Shown: positions 13,191 to 24,354 of the stretch, in pieces
Numbering within the stretch: position 1 is the stretch's first letter
Layout of the letters: each line of letters begins with the position of its first letter
Assembly (NCBI GenBank): GCA_904063045.1
Contig: CAJFCJ010000064.1
Span: forward strand, 100,854-162,422
DNA length: 61,569 bases
Origin: Dimorphilus gyrociliatus
Taxonomy: Eukaryota; Animalia; Annelida
Direction of reading: 5' to 3'
Notes under the pieces: model-generated
Told to the model about the DNA's origin: nothing
Database searches by the model: none
Seen by the model: the letters and a program-made list of their open reading frames with translations, nothing else
Made by a program: the position numbers and the translations under genes

Positions 13191-13439
13191 TGTTCAAACA
13201 GGAAAAAGTATAGTTGTTACTTTGCTTTGTTATAATTCTTGGTCAAATTGGTACGGAGAATATTTTAAAGACTATGTATAATAGAAAATATTGCTATCTC
13301 TCTATGTTCACGCATTGCACAGTATATGCCCTGACAATTGAATATCTGTGTAAAGAAACATTTTAAAAAATTCACTGGTATAATTTGTAAAAATATTCTA
13401 TAATTAATTGTAATGGAACACTAATTACATAATTTGTAG

Positions 13440-13650
13440 ATGTGTGGTTGTACTTTGTTGTATTGTAATTGTAGGAATTTCTGCTTCTTCAGAACAGTAT
13501 TCGTCCTTTCCAATCATTTATCAATTTACGAAAGTACTGGTCCAATTAGAACCTTTCAAGTTCGTCCACAAATAGTCTTAACAAATGTAATTTCCGTAGA
13601 AATAATTCAACAAAATACCAGTATTTCATCCAAAGAATATGTATTGAGTA
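13440..13650 (+). repeat. Dispersed repeat module G, copy
   Basis: One frame reads VVVLCCIVIVGISASSEQYSSFPIIYQFTKVLVQLEPFKFVHK*, closely matching the C-terminal part of ORF 52877-53296. Confidence 0.8.
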
Positions 13651-13677
13651 AATGAGTTTCTAGTTCTAAACAAGTAA

Positions 13678-13975
13678 GTTTAAACAACCAGTTAATGGTT
13701 AAAGAACTGAACTGACAAGCTGAGGAAATGCATTTCCTTTTATACATTTTCCAAAGCTTGGGTTCAAGTGGTCAAAGGATTACAAAGTTGAAATCTGATG
13801 GTCTCATAATTGTCATGTAACAAAAATATGAAAGACTGTTATATCACACATATAAAATATAATCCTAAGATTAGGGCCACATGCCAAACATGTGCCACAG
13901 TAAACAGGCCTGCCTCATCAGCATCTGGTGTTTGACCTGCATCTTTTCCATGTTCTTTGTTCCTTTGTTAATTCC
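13678..13975 (+). repeat. Dispersed repeat family B
   Basis: TAGTTCTAAACAAGTAAGTTTAAACAACCAG...GAAATGCATTTCCTTT; related segments at 35284-35500, 18387-18450 and 37672-37725. Confidence 0.8.
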
Positions 13976-14016
13976 CCAAGTAGCCACCATCTGTTACAGT
14001 CAAAGAGTCTATTTCT

Positions 14017-14170
14017 TACGAAATAGAGTTCTTTCTAAAGTACTAAAAGCTAACTCTACGAAATAAAAGTCTTTCTAAAGTTCCACCACTATAATTGCTA
14101 CGAAATATAAGTATTTCTATAGTTGCACCAGTCTAATTCCTATAAAATAGAAGTCTTTCTAATGTACCCT
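14017..14170 (+). repeat. Degenerate tandem repeat, ~41-bp unit, about 4 copies
   Basis: Units begin TACGAAATA...TCTTTCTAAAGT. Confidence 0.65.
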
Positions 14171-14255
14171 TATATCTAAGTGCACAGTGGTTATAACTGG
14201 AAAAAAAAAACCATGGTTATTTTCATACTTTTGATATCATAAACAAATTACTGCC

Positions 14256-15383
14256 ATGTTGAACATTGTCTTACCCATTTTATTTTTACTAGCAAAAGAT
14301 ATAGGCATAGATTATTCTGTGTACAAGAAAATTACAACACCAGAATTGAAGAGTAATCTACCAAACAAGATTTTTGAAGGTGATGGTAATTCAAAAAGTG
14401 AGTGTAAAGATATCTATGCTGATTATAATATCTTCTGTTTAACAACATGGAACACTGAAAATTTAGTATTAGTAAAATTCAACTACAACGATTTTATTAA
14501 AACAAAATTGGACCAAGAATTTAATGAATTTGTAAATGAAAATCTGGAGAATTCAATTGAAATACTGGAAGTAGATTGTACAAACTCTACAGAAAGTTGT
14601 CAAACAGCTTTAAAAGAATCCAGTCTTGAACTAAAATTGAAAGATCAACCAAGATTAATTGGGCAATATCCAACAACTTGCGAAATAAGCGTAGAAAGAT
14701 GGCTTCGAACAATTGAATATTATTGGCAAAGTTATTTTTGTATTGAGAATGTAAATGGTTTCCACAATTTTCGTCATGAAACTGACCAAAAGTTATTACT
14801 TATCTTGGATAATCAAACAAATGGACTAGCAATGGATGTAGATGGTTTTAAATCAGAAACAAAATTTTCAATTTTAAAGGCTGACAGTGAAATTGTAAAG
14901 AATTATTTACCAATTGAGAAGAATGTAGTCCATGAAATTGAATATACAAATACGCCATATTTTATATTTACTGATTTTCAGTGGAGAATATGTCTGTACA
15001 ATTTATTTTTCCTATATCTATTGTTTAGTGGAAATTTTTATAACATCAAAAGTATATTAAATTACATTCCTTTTTGTTTACTCTTTCTTTTAACTATTCT
15101 AGATTGGTATAAGATGAACCATTGTAGACTGATATATATAAGATTTCTATTTCACAATTATTGCCTTCCAAACTTCTCTTACAGTCTTCTTCTAAATAAC
15201 TTCCTTTACATTGGTCATATTGTTCCTGATAATAAATGGAAACATTTGTTTTGTTTTGTCATAAATATGTATTTAATGTATCATTATTTTTGGCTTAATG
15301 CATATTTCATGTGTCTTTCTGGACTAATTTCAAAATTATCAAAACGTTATTTGATGCCATTTTACAGAAGATACAATTCATAA
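14256..15383 (+). CDS. 375-aa ORF: hydrophobic N-terminus, possible thioredoxin/PDI-like fold region, C-terminal multi-TM segment; function unknown
   Basis: Uninterrupted 1128-bp ORF; VLVKF...IEILEVDCT resembles non-catalytic thioredoxin folds (no CxxC); several hydrophobic stretches after residue ~240. Confidence 0.5.
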   Translation: MLNIVLPILFLLAKDIGIDYSVYKKITTPELKSNLPNKIFEGDGNSKSECKDIYADYNIFCLTTWNTENLVLVKFNYNDFIKTKLDQEFNEFVNENLENSIEILEVDCTNSTESCQTALKESSLELKLKDQPRLIGQYPTTCEISVERWLRTIEYYWQSYFCIENVNGFHNFRHETDQKLLLILDNQTNGLAMDVDGFKSETKFSILKADSEIVKNYLPIEKNVVHEIEYTNTPYFIFTDFQWRICLYNLFFLYLLFSGNFYNIKSILNYIPFCLLFLLTILDWYKMNHCRLIYIRFLFHNYCLPNFSYSLLLNNFLYIGHIVPDNKWKHLFCFVINMYLMYHYFWLNAYFMCLSGLISKLSKRYLMPFYRRYNS

Positions 15384-15499
15384 TTTTTTTCTATCTGCAT
15401 GAATTACAGTTTAGGTTTAACTATAGAGCAATTGCATCTGCATTTATATTAATATATCTATGAGGTTTTTCACTGCAAACTATGATTTTTAATTTCAAT

Positions 15500-16800
15500 A
15501 CCATAATAATATTTTAGGTGTTCAGAACAAATTTTTAGAAATGTTGGCAAGACACTCTAAAAATTTTTAAAGCATGTTTATTTGGACATTCTGAAATGGC
15601 CAATAGAAGGGAAAAGATGTTTTACAACTTTTTGATTAAATAAATATTTCTTCAAACATCTTGAACATTTTTTATATTATTAATACTGTTAGCTTAACAT
15701 TGCACAATATAAAGCTGAGTATATATAAAAAATTTTGTGGTTTTACATTTGAAAATCAATTACATTCAACTTTTAATCCATATTTTCAAATTAATTCAAA
15801 TTCAAAAAAAATGGTAAAAGTAAAATTTTAATTAAAAATTTCTTTTTCTAATTCGAAAAAATTTAACATTTCAGATAAACAATTGTCTTTGATTATAGCA
15901 AGAGAAATTGAAAATTCATATAGCTATCTCATTTCTCCAATTTACAATAATACAAAGAAAGGAAACAAATATCTACAATTGGAAACTTAAAATTTTATGG
16001 AATTTACAATCAATCAACAATTTTCCTCTCTCCTATATGATCCAACTTCTGTATTGTTTACATTCTATAAAACTCAACTAGAGTACTATGCTTTAAAATT
16101 ATTTACATTTCGGCCAAAATTGGATTATTACTCAATTTGGAATGTAGATAATTTGAAATTTAAAAGGGGAGGTATTACTGCCTCTTTAAGTTTAAACTTG
16201 AAGATTATAAATGAACAAATTGAATCAAAGATAATTTTACAAGATATTCAAAAATTTATTTTGTTTTTTCATTTTTTTAAGATGAAATTTAAATTATTGA
16301 AATTTAGTGGTGAACCTGTAATTGACTTTTACCATCATGTAAATCATTGAAAAATGTTTCATTTCCACTCTGTTCAATTGAAGGTCTATGCAAAGTATTA
16401 GGAGATTTATTAAAGCCTTGCTTTGAAATAGAAACAATTGATTTTTATGAATATCACAGAAGCAAAAATCAATTGGATTATTTTTGCAATGAACTTTCAA
16501 AATCATCAAAAACCTTGAAATATAAAACAGAGAATAAATTGATTATTTTGGAACTTTGCTGAAAAACTGTTCAGAAATTAAAAGAGTTGATTTAAATAAT
16601 ACCATGAACGAGATAGAAGATTTCGTTTCTGTAATCTGTCAACATCAGTTACCAATATTTACAATACATATTTAACACAGTCAACTTTTTCTACTTTAAT
16701 AAAAGAAATAAATTAAATATCTCAGTGTGAATTGAAAAATTTCAATGTCATTTTGGGAGATGGTTCACAAAGATTGCATATGTGCTGAGTTGAATCTTTA
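15500..16800 (+). pseudogene. Decayed coding-like region, possibly the pre-LRR part of the LRR gene family
   Basis: Broken ORFs 15997-16350 and 16347-16562; weak motif similarity (KWPIE vs KYWPIQ) to the region upstream of the LRR at 28286. Confidence 0.3.
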
Positions 16801-17024
16801 AAAATCAGCAGATTAAATATACATACAGACAAAAATTTTTGTATGATACATATTTTTGGCCTTTTTATTTACTAATTTTACCCTTTTAACTAATTAAAAT
16901 AGCTATGATTTTTAAATGAAACCATTGGAAATTCATCACAGTTTCATCATGAGACAACAAAAAAATTTGTTAAGTGAAAATGGACACACATTTGTACACT
17001 ACCTTTTCGTTTATATACTCTTTT

Positions 17025-17120
17025 AAAGGGTTGATAGTTCACAAATTTCAATGCTCATAAAAACAAAAGTAGCATTTGAAGACAAAGAAAAGTTGTAAAT
17101 ATGCTCATGTTTTTATTGTT
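17025..17120 (+). repeat. ~95-bp direct repeat, second copy at 18478-18575
   Basis: AAGGG(G)TTGATAGTT...ACAAATTTCAATG...AAAACAAAAGTA...AAGACAAAGAAAAGTTGTAAATA...CATGTTTTTATTG in both. Confidence 0.8.
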
Positions 17121-18028
17121 TTTTTCTTTTCTAAATAATAGAAGAATGTTGATAATTGTGGAAGGTCTGAACAAAATTCAATAGAATGGTAGTGGTAGTA
17201 CATTTCATCCTCTTTTTTTTTACAATCATTAATTTCACTGCAGATATCACTACTTACTGGGATAAAAATTGTTTGTTTGATCTTTGTATTTAATATAATC
17301 TTAGGCCTAAAATTTCCTTATTGATGAATAGTAATTTTAGTGGGAGTGAGGAATTACTTCCTGAAGTTGATGTCAGAAATAAAGAAGTGCACAAATTTAC
17401 AAATTAGGAGAAATTATGAGAGAGAATTGAAAACATTGTCAAGAGAAAGGAAGAGATGAAAAAGCTGCAAGAGTCTCTGTCTTACAGAGCAATTGGAATT
17501 CAACAGGCTTAGGCAACAGCTACATATATGTAACTTGGTTTTAGTTATGTACTTAAATTATGTCAATCTATGCTAGGTTAGATACTATTATTATTATGAT
17601 TATCAATATTGTCATTTAGTTTTTGACCTGTTATAACCACACTTTTCTTAAATCCATGGTTAGTGGTTATATTGAATAAAATCAATTTGCATTGCAATAA
17701 GAATATATAAAAAATAATTTTTTTAACATTTACAATATAATTACTCAATCAATTATTACAATGATTTGTCTTAACTACATGCCAATATTTACATTATTAT
17801 TTCACTAGTTATTATAATGCTGCATTGTTATCTTTTTTATAAACTTTATTCAGATGTCAATTGAAAACCATTACCCAGCTGACAAACATAATCTATTAGG
17901 TTCTCAGACATATTCAACAAATGAATAAGGAGGAGTTTTCAGCAAATCTGACCTGTAGATTTACATCAAGAAATAGCTGATAAGGACAGTCTTTGATGTA
18001 ACCAACAGCCAAATACCTATATCTGTCA

Positions 18029-18169
18029 ACCTAACCCTAACCCTTACTCCTAACCCTTAGATGGGACACTCCTAAGTACAAATCAGTTGCTGTCTTCTTC
18101 TTCCTAATCATTTCTCAATCCAAAATCTTGTCTTGAAATTTACCATTTGTGGACATTTTCTATCAACCC
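18029..18169. mobile_element. MITE family A, partial copy 4
   Basis: CCTAACCCTAACCC...CCCTTAGATGGGACACTCCTAAGTACAAATCAG...GTGGACATTTTCTATCAACCC. Confidence 0.75.
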
Positions 18170-18959
18170 TCTTTTGTATATTTTTAAACTATGCAACAAA
18201 TTTGAATACAAAAAGGTAGTGTAAAATATAAAAAGAATTTTTGTTGATTTATGCCAGACAGTTTCACTTTAACCTAACCCCAAGTATAAAAAGATGACTA
18301 TCTTAATTTTTCCCTAAATTCAAAGTAAGAAAAACAACATATATTGTAAAATTCTTTATGATTTCTTTTAACATATCTGCCAGAGCTTCTAGTTCTAAAC
18401 AAGCATGTTTAAACAACTAGCTGCTGGTTAGAAAAGTGAACTATCAACTGTTAATTTTGTAGAATTTAAATACCCTTTAAGGGGTTGATAGTTGACAAAT
18501 TTCAATGTTCACAAAAACAAAAGTAACATTTTAAGACAAAGAAAAGTTGTAAATACAGTCATGTTTTTATTGTATTAATTGATTCAGTGAATAAATGTAG
18601 GATGAGTTATATGCAGAGGAAGCATATCTGATTAATGCATATAATGAACAGTATTGTGTAATCTTTTTGTTTATGTCAATAGTTTAGACAGTCTGGTAAA
18701 TTGAACTCTTTTCAGTTTTTTCTTCCAAATAAAGTAAATAAAGAATTCAATTCCAATCAAGAGTATAACTGGCAGTGTCTATAAATATTTTGAGAGGTTA
18801 TATAGTGATACTCTGTGGATAATTTAATAGAATTTATTGCCACTCACTGCATATGCACTGCCCTATGTGAAACAAGGTCAATACTGCTTACTTCTATCAG
18901 TGTTATCTGCATAGGACAGTATTGGTTCAAAACTACCTATCTATTATAGAATAAAGTTG

Positions 18960-19640
18960 ACAATTGTATGTGTACAGAATCAGTATTGAATAGTCACATG
19001 ACCAATTATTTGGTTTCCACAATTTATTTTCCATCCAATGTCTTTTGAAGTATTCTAAGAGATCCAAGAACTTATTTTTTTTCAAAAAGCTCTTTCTTTA
19101 AGCTGTCAAATGTTGGTTGAATAATATGTGGTGGCAAAAACGGGAGTGCCATCAATTGTCTGAAATCTTTCCAGTCATCTCCTTTTTCTTTATATTTCTT
19201 CACATAGTGAAGAGCCTTTTCAATAATTCAAGTTACTCAATGTCCAATATGTTTTATATGAATATATCTTACCTGTAATTTCCTATATACTGCTTGTGTG
19301 AAATGAAACACACAACCTTGAAACTCAGTAGTGGGGTATATTTTTAATAATGCTTTCCATAGTCCTTTCTCAAAGTCCATTGTAATTCTTTTGGGATGCT
19401 CATCATTTATCAGACTGTTGATATGCTGCAAACACAATTATATTTCATCAAAATTCCTGTAGAGAAAATAAGAAATATTCACCTGAAATGCTTGTGTATA
19501 TGCTTTGGTATGCTTTGAAGTTAAGAAAATGAAAACAAGAGGTACTTGTTTCATTTCACCACTCTTTTTAACAAAAATATTTTCTTTTGTTACATGTTGT
19601 GCAAACTGGTATGCTAGGTGTTTCTGTGTCAATATGTTAA
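18960..19640 (-). mobile_element. Mutator (MULE) transposase fragment with two introns
   Basis: QVPLVFIFLTSKHTKAY; ITMDFEKGLWKALLKIYPTTEFQGCVFHFTQAVYRKLQ (DFE and CxFH motifs); RQLMALPFLPP; GT-AG introns after AFQ and KLQ. Confidence 0.85.
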
Positions 19641-20056
19641 CAAAATATAGTTATCTAAAACATAATTAAATACTAATATACCTATACATTTTTTATGGAT
19701 AAGATTCTCACAAAGGCAGCATTTCAAATATTTTTGCCTTCCATAAATTTTTGAATCACAATTATTACATTTCAAAGCCATGTTATAAAATCAGAACAAA
19801 TTCACTTGACTATTAAAAATAATTGTCAGTTATCAATCAATGTCCTTTCCAAATATTCAAAATGGCTGAAATTTTATTTATGACAAAAACTGAAATTATT
19901 TGCTATTAAAGAAAACATATTAAATTGAAAAATCTGCTTAACAGTATTTAGAAATTTACCTCTGTGAAATATATTAAGAAGCACTGTGTCCAAAATTAAT
20001 TTAGGAAATATAACTGACTTTTTCAAGTATATGCCTTCCAAAGTGAAAGTTTGTTT

Positions 20057-20480
20057 CTACCACTTCCTAACACTTTGAGCAAAGTGTGGATCTCCTGTTG
20101 CAGATACCCATGGTGAAGGAGCACCAACTGCAAAATAAACTGGAATGTCAGTATTGAATGTCTTTCCACCAGACATGCAGTTTGAAACCATGAGAAGAGA
20201 TTCCTGAGAACCAGTTTTAGTAACTGTAATTATCATGTCATCATTTCCAATATGAGTTGATCCAACATAATTTGTTGTAGCTATTGCAGAGTCTGGTTGA
20301 GTTAAGCTGAGATTAAGAAAAATAATCATATAGATGATGATGAATAATTTAATTTCACTGAACTAATTACCTGCAAATACCATCCTCCTCATCACCAACT
20401 ATTTTAACTGTAGTTGGTGAGGATTGCTCACTTGATACATGAATTTCAACCCCATATTTTAAAGGTAGACTACTAGCACC
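20057..20480 (-). pseudogene. Two-exon fragment ending just after a GDPH motif (related to the 40667-41965 type)
   Basis: ...PWVSATGDPHFAQSVRKW* versus GDPHFEQKV in the intact gene; upstream exon ends GICR|gtaatt. Confidence 0.55.
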
Positions 20481-20850
20481 ATAAGCTAATGAAACATTGG
20501 AATTTTTTAATAAACATTTTGAAGATAGTTTATAGTATTACATACTCTCAACTGCATAAACATATGTTCTTAATTCAAAACTAATTGATGACCCTGGACC
20601 AGTACAGGTGAAAGAAAAAATTAAATGTTAATGTACAAAAACACCTGCATTCAGGAGTTCCAATCGGGTTCTTATAATAAACAAAATAAAATTGATAATC
20701 TTCCAACATTATAGCTGGAACTTGAACTGATACAGAAATTGGTTGTGAATGAACCACAAAAACTGTTGAATATTGCATATTTTAAAAAGTTTAAAAACTT
20801 TTTATTCAACTTTAGAATATTATTTACTTGACTATTTTCGAAAAAGTTTT

Positions 20851-21056
20851 TGTTGTTAAAAACAGCCATGTGTGAGATATTTCAAGGTTAGACTTCAGCG
20901 TGGGAAAATGTCTAAGAGAAATAAGAAAACTATTGATATATACTAGGGTGGGTTCCATCTAAGAGTTAAGGGCATTCAAAAAGGTTAGGTAAACAAATAG
21001 GACTAGGTTAAGCTTAGGCTAAAATTATAGATTTATGAAAATTTTCCACCACATCT
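20851..21056. mobile_element. MITE family A, degenerate copy 5
   Basis: Aligns along its length to 39940-40145; ends TTTTCCACCACATC. Confidence 0.65.
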
Positions 21057-21369
21057 GAAGTGTTCACTACATTAAAATTTTTCTAGTCATTTTCTTTTCT
21101 AATCATTGAAAGAAGGATTAGTAGTGAACAAATGATTCAGATATTTTGAAAGATGCTAAAGATGCCCAGTTTGTAAAAAGTGATAGGTGTGTCTGAATGT
21201 ATAAATAATAATGTTAGATAAATGCTGGACAAATGTTGCCTAGACATAACTTCTGTAGGACAAAATATCCATTGGACAAACTATTAACAATATATGTTAG
21301 ATATAGGTTAGGATTTAGGTTTGGTTGGGTTGGTTTGGGGCCACACACAAAACACTTCTAGGTCAGGTC

Positions 21370-21760
21370 TTGATGATTGTATTTTGTAGGAAATGGTTAG
21401 TACTATCTTTTCCTTTGTTATTGTGGAATGTAACCTTCTTTATCCTTGTTAGGTTAGGGTTCTACTTGAAGGTTATGTAACAATTGTAGTAGGTAAAGGT
21501 TAGGTGGTAAAGTTTTATCTTATCTTGTAGTCTCTTGACCTTAAATTCTTCCAAGAAGTTAATATTTTTGTAAGTTAAAAATGTTTATTTTATTAAAAAA
21601 AAATTTACAATGTTTCGGCTTTTACTAGCCTTCACCAGGTAAAAATGGGAAAAGATTACAGATTTTGGCTTTTATACATGAAATTTATGTTGGTGGTGCC
21701 ATCTATTGTGAAATATTATGGCGGCATCTGTTTAATGCAAATATAGATGTTGAAATATGT
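21370..21760 (-). mobile_element. Penelope-like element relic (pseudo-LTR and 5' region)
   Basis: Reverse complement resembles 25620-25800 upstream of the PLE ORFs; contains a hammerhead motif followed by AATAAA on the minus strand and GGTTAG-rich units. Confidence 0.6.
21604..21643 (-). ncRNA. Minimal type I hammerhead ribozyme motif (PLE-associated, degenerate core)
   Basis: Minus strand TTTAC-CTGGTGA-A-GGCT-AGTAAA-AGCC-GAA-ACAT-T-GTAAA: 5-bp stem I, 4-bp stem II, core CUGGUGA/GAAA. Confidence 0.7.
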
Positions 21761-22575
21761 TATGTAAGACATATATTTTTCATTTTTGCAAAAAACTACT
21801 TAGTGTTAGATTTAGTTTGTTATTATTTACACATTTAAATGTTGTTCAATTTCTTTCTTTTTTCAGGAAGTGTATCCTCATTGTACACTTATGAACTATA
21901 GTTTATAGATATTGTAACCCTAACCTAACCCTAATACTTACTATAAGGTAGAAGTGTTGAAGTAGATGTTGCCTCTGGGGTAGATGGTACCCAACTGCCA
22001 GAATCAACCCCGTTTTAGGCAAAGGATAACATGTTACATAATCAAACATGTTGACAACAACAACAACAAATATTTATTTACATAAATATGATGTAACAAT
22101 TGACCCTTGTTGTTGACAGCTAAGGTGCAAAACAACTGATAAGAAATTGTATAAAAGCAGGGTGTAGGTAGTAACAGGCATTCAGTCATGAATCAACCCT
22201 CTTTAGTGAACCGGTCTAGTATTACTTTAGAATACAGTTATATTATTCTTACGTTTTGGTTCTATATTCATCCTCCCTCAATTCTTCACTTCTCTTCCAA
22301 GTGGCTTACTCCTAATTCTGTTCTATTTGGACCAGTACTTAACTACAACCGCAGCAGGAAAGTACACTCATTCTCATCATTCAGGTCAATTACCAGGTTT
22401 GGGTTGGAAGATTGTACTGTTGTTAATGTTGGTGAATTGAATCTCTTCTTCACAAATAGTCTTAATAAATGTAATTTCAATTATTAAGTATTTTATTCCT
22501 CCTCACCATTCCTCAATCTACAAAAATTTTATTACAACCTTTTTCAACTAGTTCCAAATAAACTCACCATATGTA

Positions 22576-23902
22576 TTAGGTACGAATGAAAAGTTTCAAT
22601 CACTCTGTGTTTTTGTTAGAAATATTTGATGAATGTGGTTAATTTTTGTGTATGTTAAAGCCTAAAGTATACGCTACAAATATTGATAATTTAATTTTTC
22701 AATAGTCCCCTCCTTTTTCTATACAAGCCTGCCATTTGCTAGGAAGTAGAGTGATGCTGTTCCGGTAAAACGAGGTTGGCTTTCTCCTCAGAAAATCTTT
22801 GACATCTGTCTTCAATTCCTCCAAATTGTCATAATGGGATCCTCTGATATGGTCCTTCAATCTCCCAAAAAGATAATAGTCAGAGGGAGCCAAATCAGGA
22901 CTGTAGGCTGGGTGAGGGCATAATGACCACCCTTGATCTCTTATGAAATCTGTTGTGTAGAGACTTGTATGCAGTCTTGCATTATCATGCTGTAGTATCA
23001 TTTGTTTTCCAGGTCTAATTCTATGCAACCTCTTCCTTAGTCTCTTTAGGGTCTCAACATATTGTATTGAGTTGACTACTTCTCCATACTCCATGAATTC
23101 AATGTGGACTAAACCAGAATAGTCCCAAAAAACTGAGCACATCAGTTTTTCTGCTGACTTGGCCATTCTAAGCTTCTTGTCAGGTGGAGATGATGTGTGT
23201 TTATAAGTCAAAGAAGACCTTTTAGATTGTGGATCATAGAGGTGTACCCAGGTTTCATCTCCAGTCACAATTTTTTCTAAAAAGTCTCTTCCTTCTGCCT
23301 TGCATCTTTCAAGTAGCTCCATACAATGACTCACCCTCACCTGCTTCTGGTCCAGATTGAGAGCATAAGGAATCCATTTTGCACAGATCTTTCTGTATCC
23401 TAGCTCCTTTATAATTTTCCCTACAGTCTGTTGACAAATTTCTATTTGTTGGGCGATTGCTCTCTGAGAAATGGTCTGATCTTCTCTGATAAGCCTGTCA
23501 ATTTCTTCTCTATTCTGACCTGTTACAGCTGTGCTTGGATGACCAGATCTTGCCAAATCTTCAAATTTTTTTTTTCCTTTGTTTATGTCAGATACCCACC
23601 TCCTTATTGAACTTTCACTCAGAGTTTCATCCCCACAAAAGCTTTTTAACTGCTTATAAATTTGTCTCGCAGACACCTTCTCATGCACTAAAAATGCTAT
23701 GATTGGTCGTTGATCAGAACGTGTGCACATGACTTGCAGTTGCTTATACCAAAATAAATTTGTAATGCCTCAACAGAATCGAATGAAAGTTTGCACAGTG
23801 AAAGTTTACTAATTTCCTTAGATTATTGGAAAGTATCATTGATATTAGTTAAGCCGTTTTAAAATTATAGCACAGTGACTGAAACTTTTCATTCGTACCT
23901 AA
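22576..23902 (-). mobile_element. Full-length mariner (Tc1/mariner, DD34D) element, 1327 bp
   Basis: TIR TTAGGTACGAATGAAAAGTTTCA perfect for 23 bp (29 bp with 1 mismatch); TA on both flanks (22574-75, 23903-04). Confidence 0.97.
22699..23730 (-). CDS. Mariner transposase, 343 aa
   Basis: WIPYAL (WVPHEL-like), IVTGDETW, HDNARLH, YSPDLAPSDY; exactly 34 residues between the 2nd and 3rd Asp. Confidence 0.97.
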   Translation of the reverse strand: MCTRSDQRPIIAFLVHEKVSARQIYKQLKSFCGDETLSESSIRRWVSDINKGKKKFEDLARSGHPSTAVTGQNREEIDRLIREDQTISQRAIAQQIEICQQTVGKIIKELGYRKICAKWIPYALNLDQKQVRVSHCMELLERCKAEGRDFLEKIVTGDETWVHLYDPQSKRSSLTYKHTSSPPDKKLRMAKSAEKLMCSVFWDYSGLVHIEFMEYGEVVNSIQYVETLKRLRKRLHRIRPGKQMILQHDNARLHTSLYTTDFIRDQGWSLCPHPAYSPDLAPSDYYLFGRLKDHIRGSHYDNLEELKTDVKDFLRRKPTSFYRNSITLLPSKWQACIEKGGDY

Positions 23903-24354
23903 TATTTATTTGCTAATTCTGTGATACAGAAAAGCTAAACTAGAACTAGAAGCTAAAGCTAACTAGAACTCAATACAGAGGGTTAACCATGGACATAGCT
24001 TAAAGGGAAATATCAAATCTATTGCATTCATATCATGATAATAAATATCTGTTGCAATTGAGAGAAAATGGCCCTGTTGGCTAAATATTTTTCCTTTTGT
24101 AATTGAATAAAAACAGGTATGAAAACAAAGTATTTGCTATTAAGTGTATATATCAGTATATTATTAGAAATAGAGTATTTTGAATGAAAGCAATTAGCAA
24201 ACACAAAAGCGGCCAGAGATACTCTCTCTTATATTTACAATAACTTCCATTCCGGAATAATAAATCTAATTAGGAGTATTGACATTCAAATAATATAGAA
24301 ATGCGATTAGATTAGAATTCTTTTTCCATTCGGTTATTATCAATTCAGAAGAGA

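Noticed and set aside
13905-13925. Other CTGATGA/CTGAAGA hits (13915, 34367, 34460, 37678, 50637) as hammerheads
   Set aside because: No stem II followed by GAAA at the right spacing
14185-17642. Possible hAT-like TIR pair (CAGTGGTTATAAC / GTTATAACCACAC) enclosing ORF 14256
   Set aside because: Terminal bases mismatch and no 8-bp TSD (TAAGTGCA versus TTTTCTTA)
21290-21935. GGTTAG/CCTAA-rich stretches as a true telomere or interstitial telomeric array
   Set aside because: Never more than about three perfect units; all lie within MITE or PLE relics
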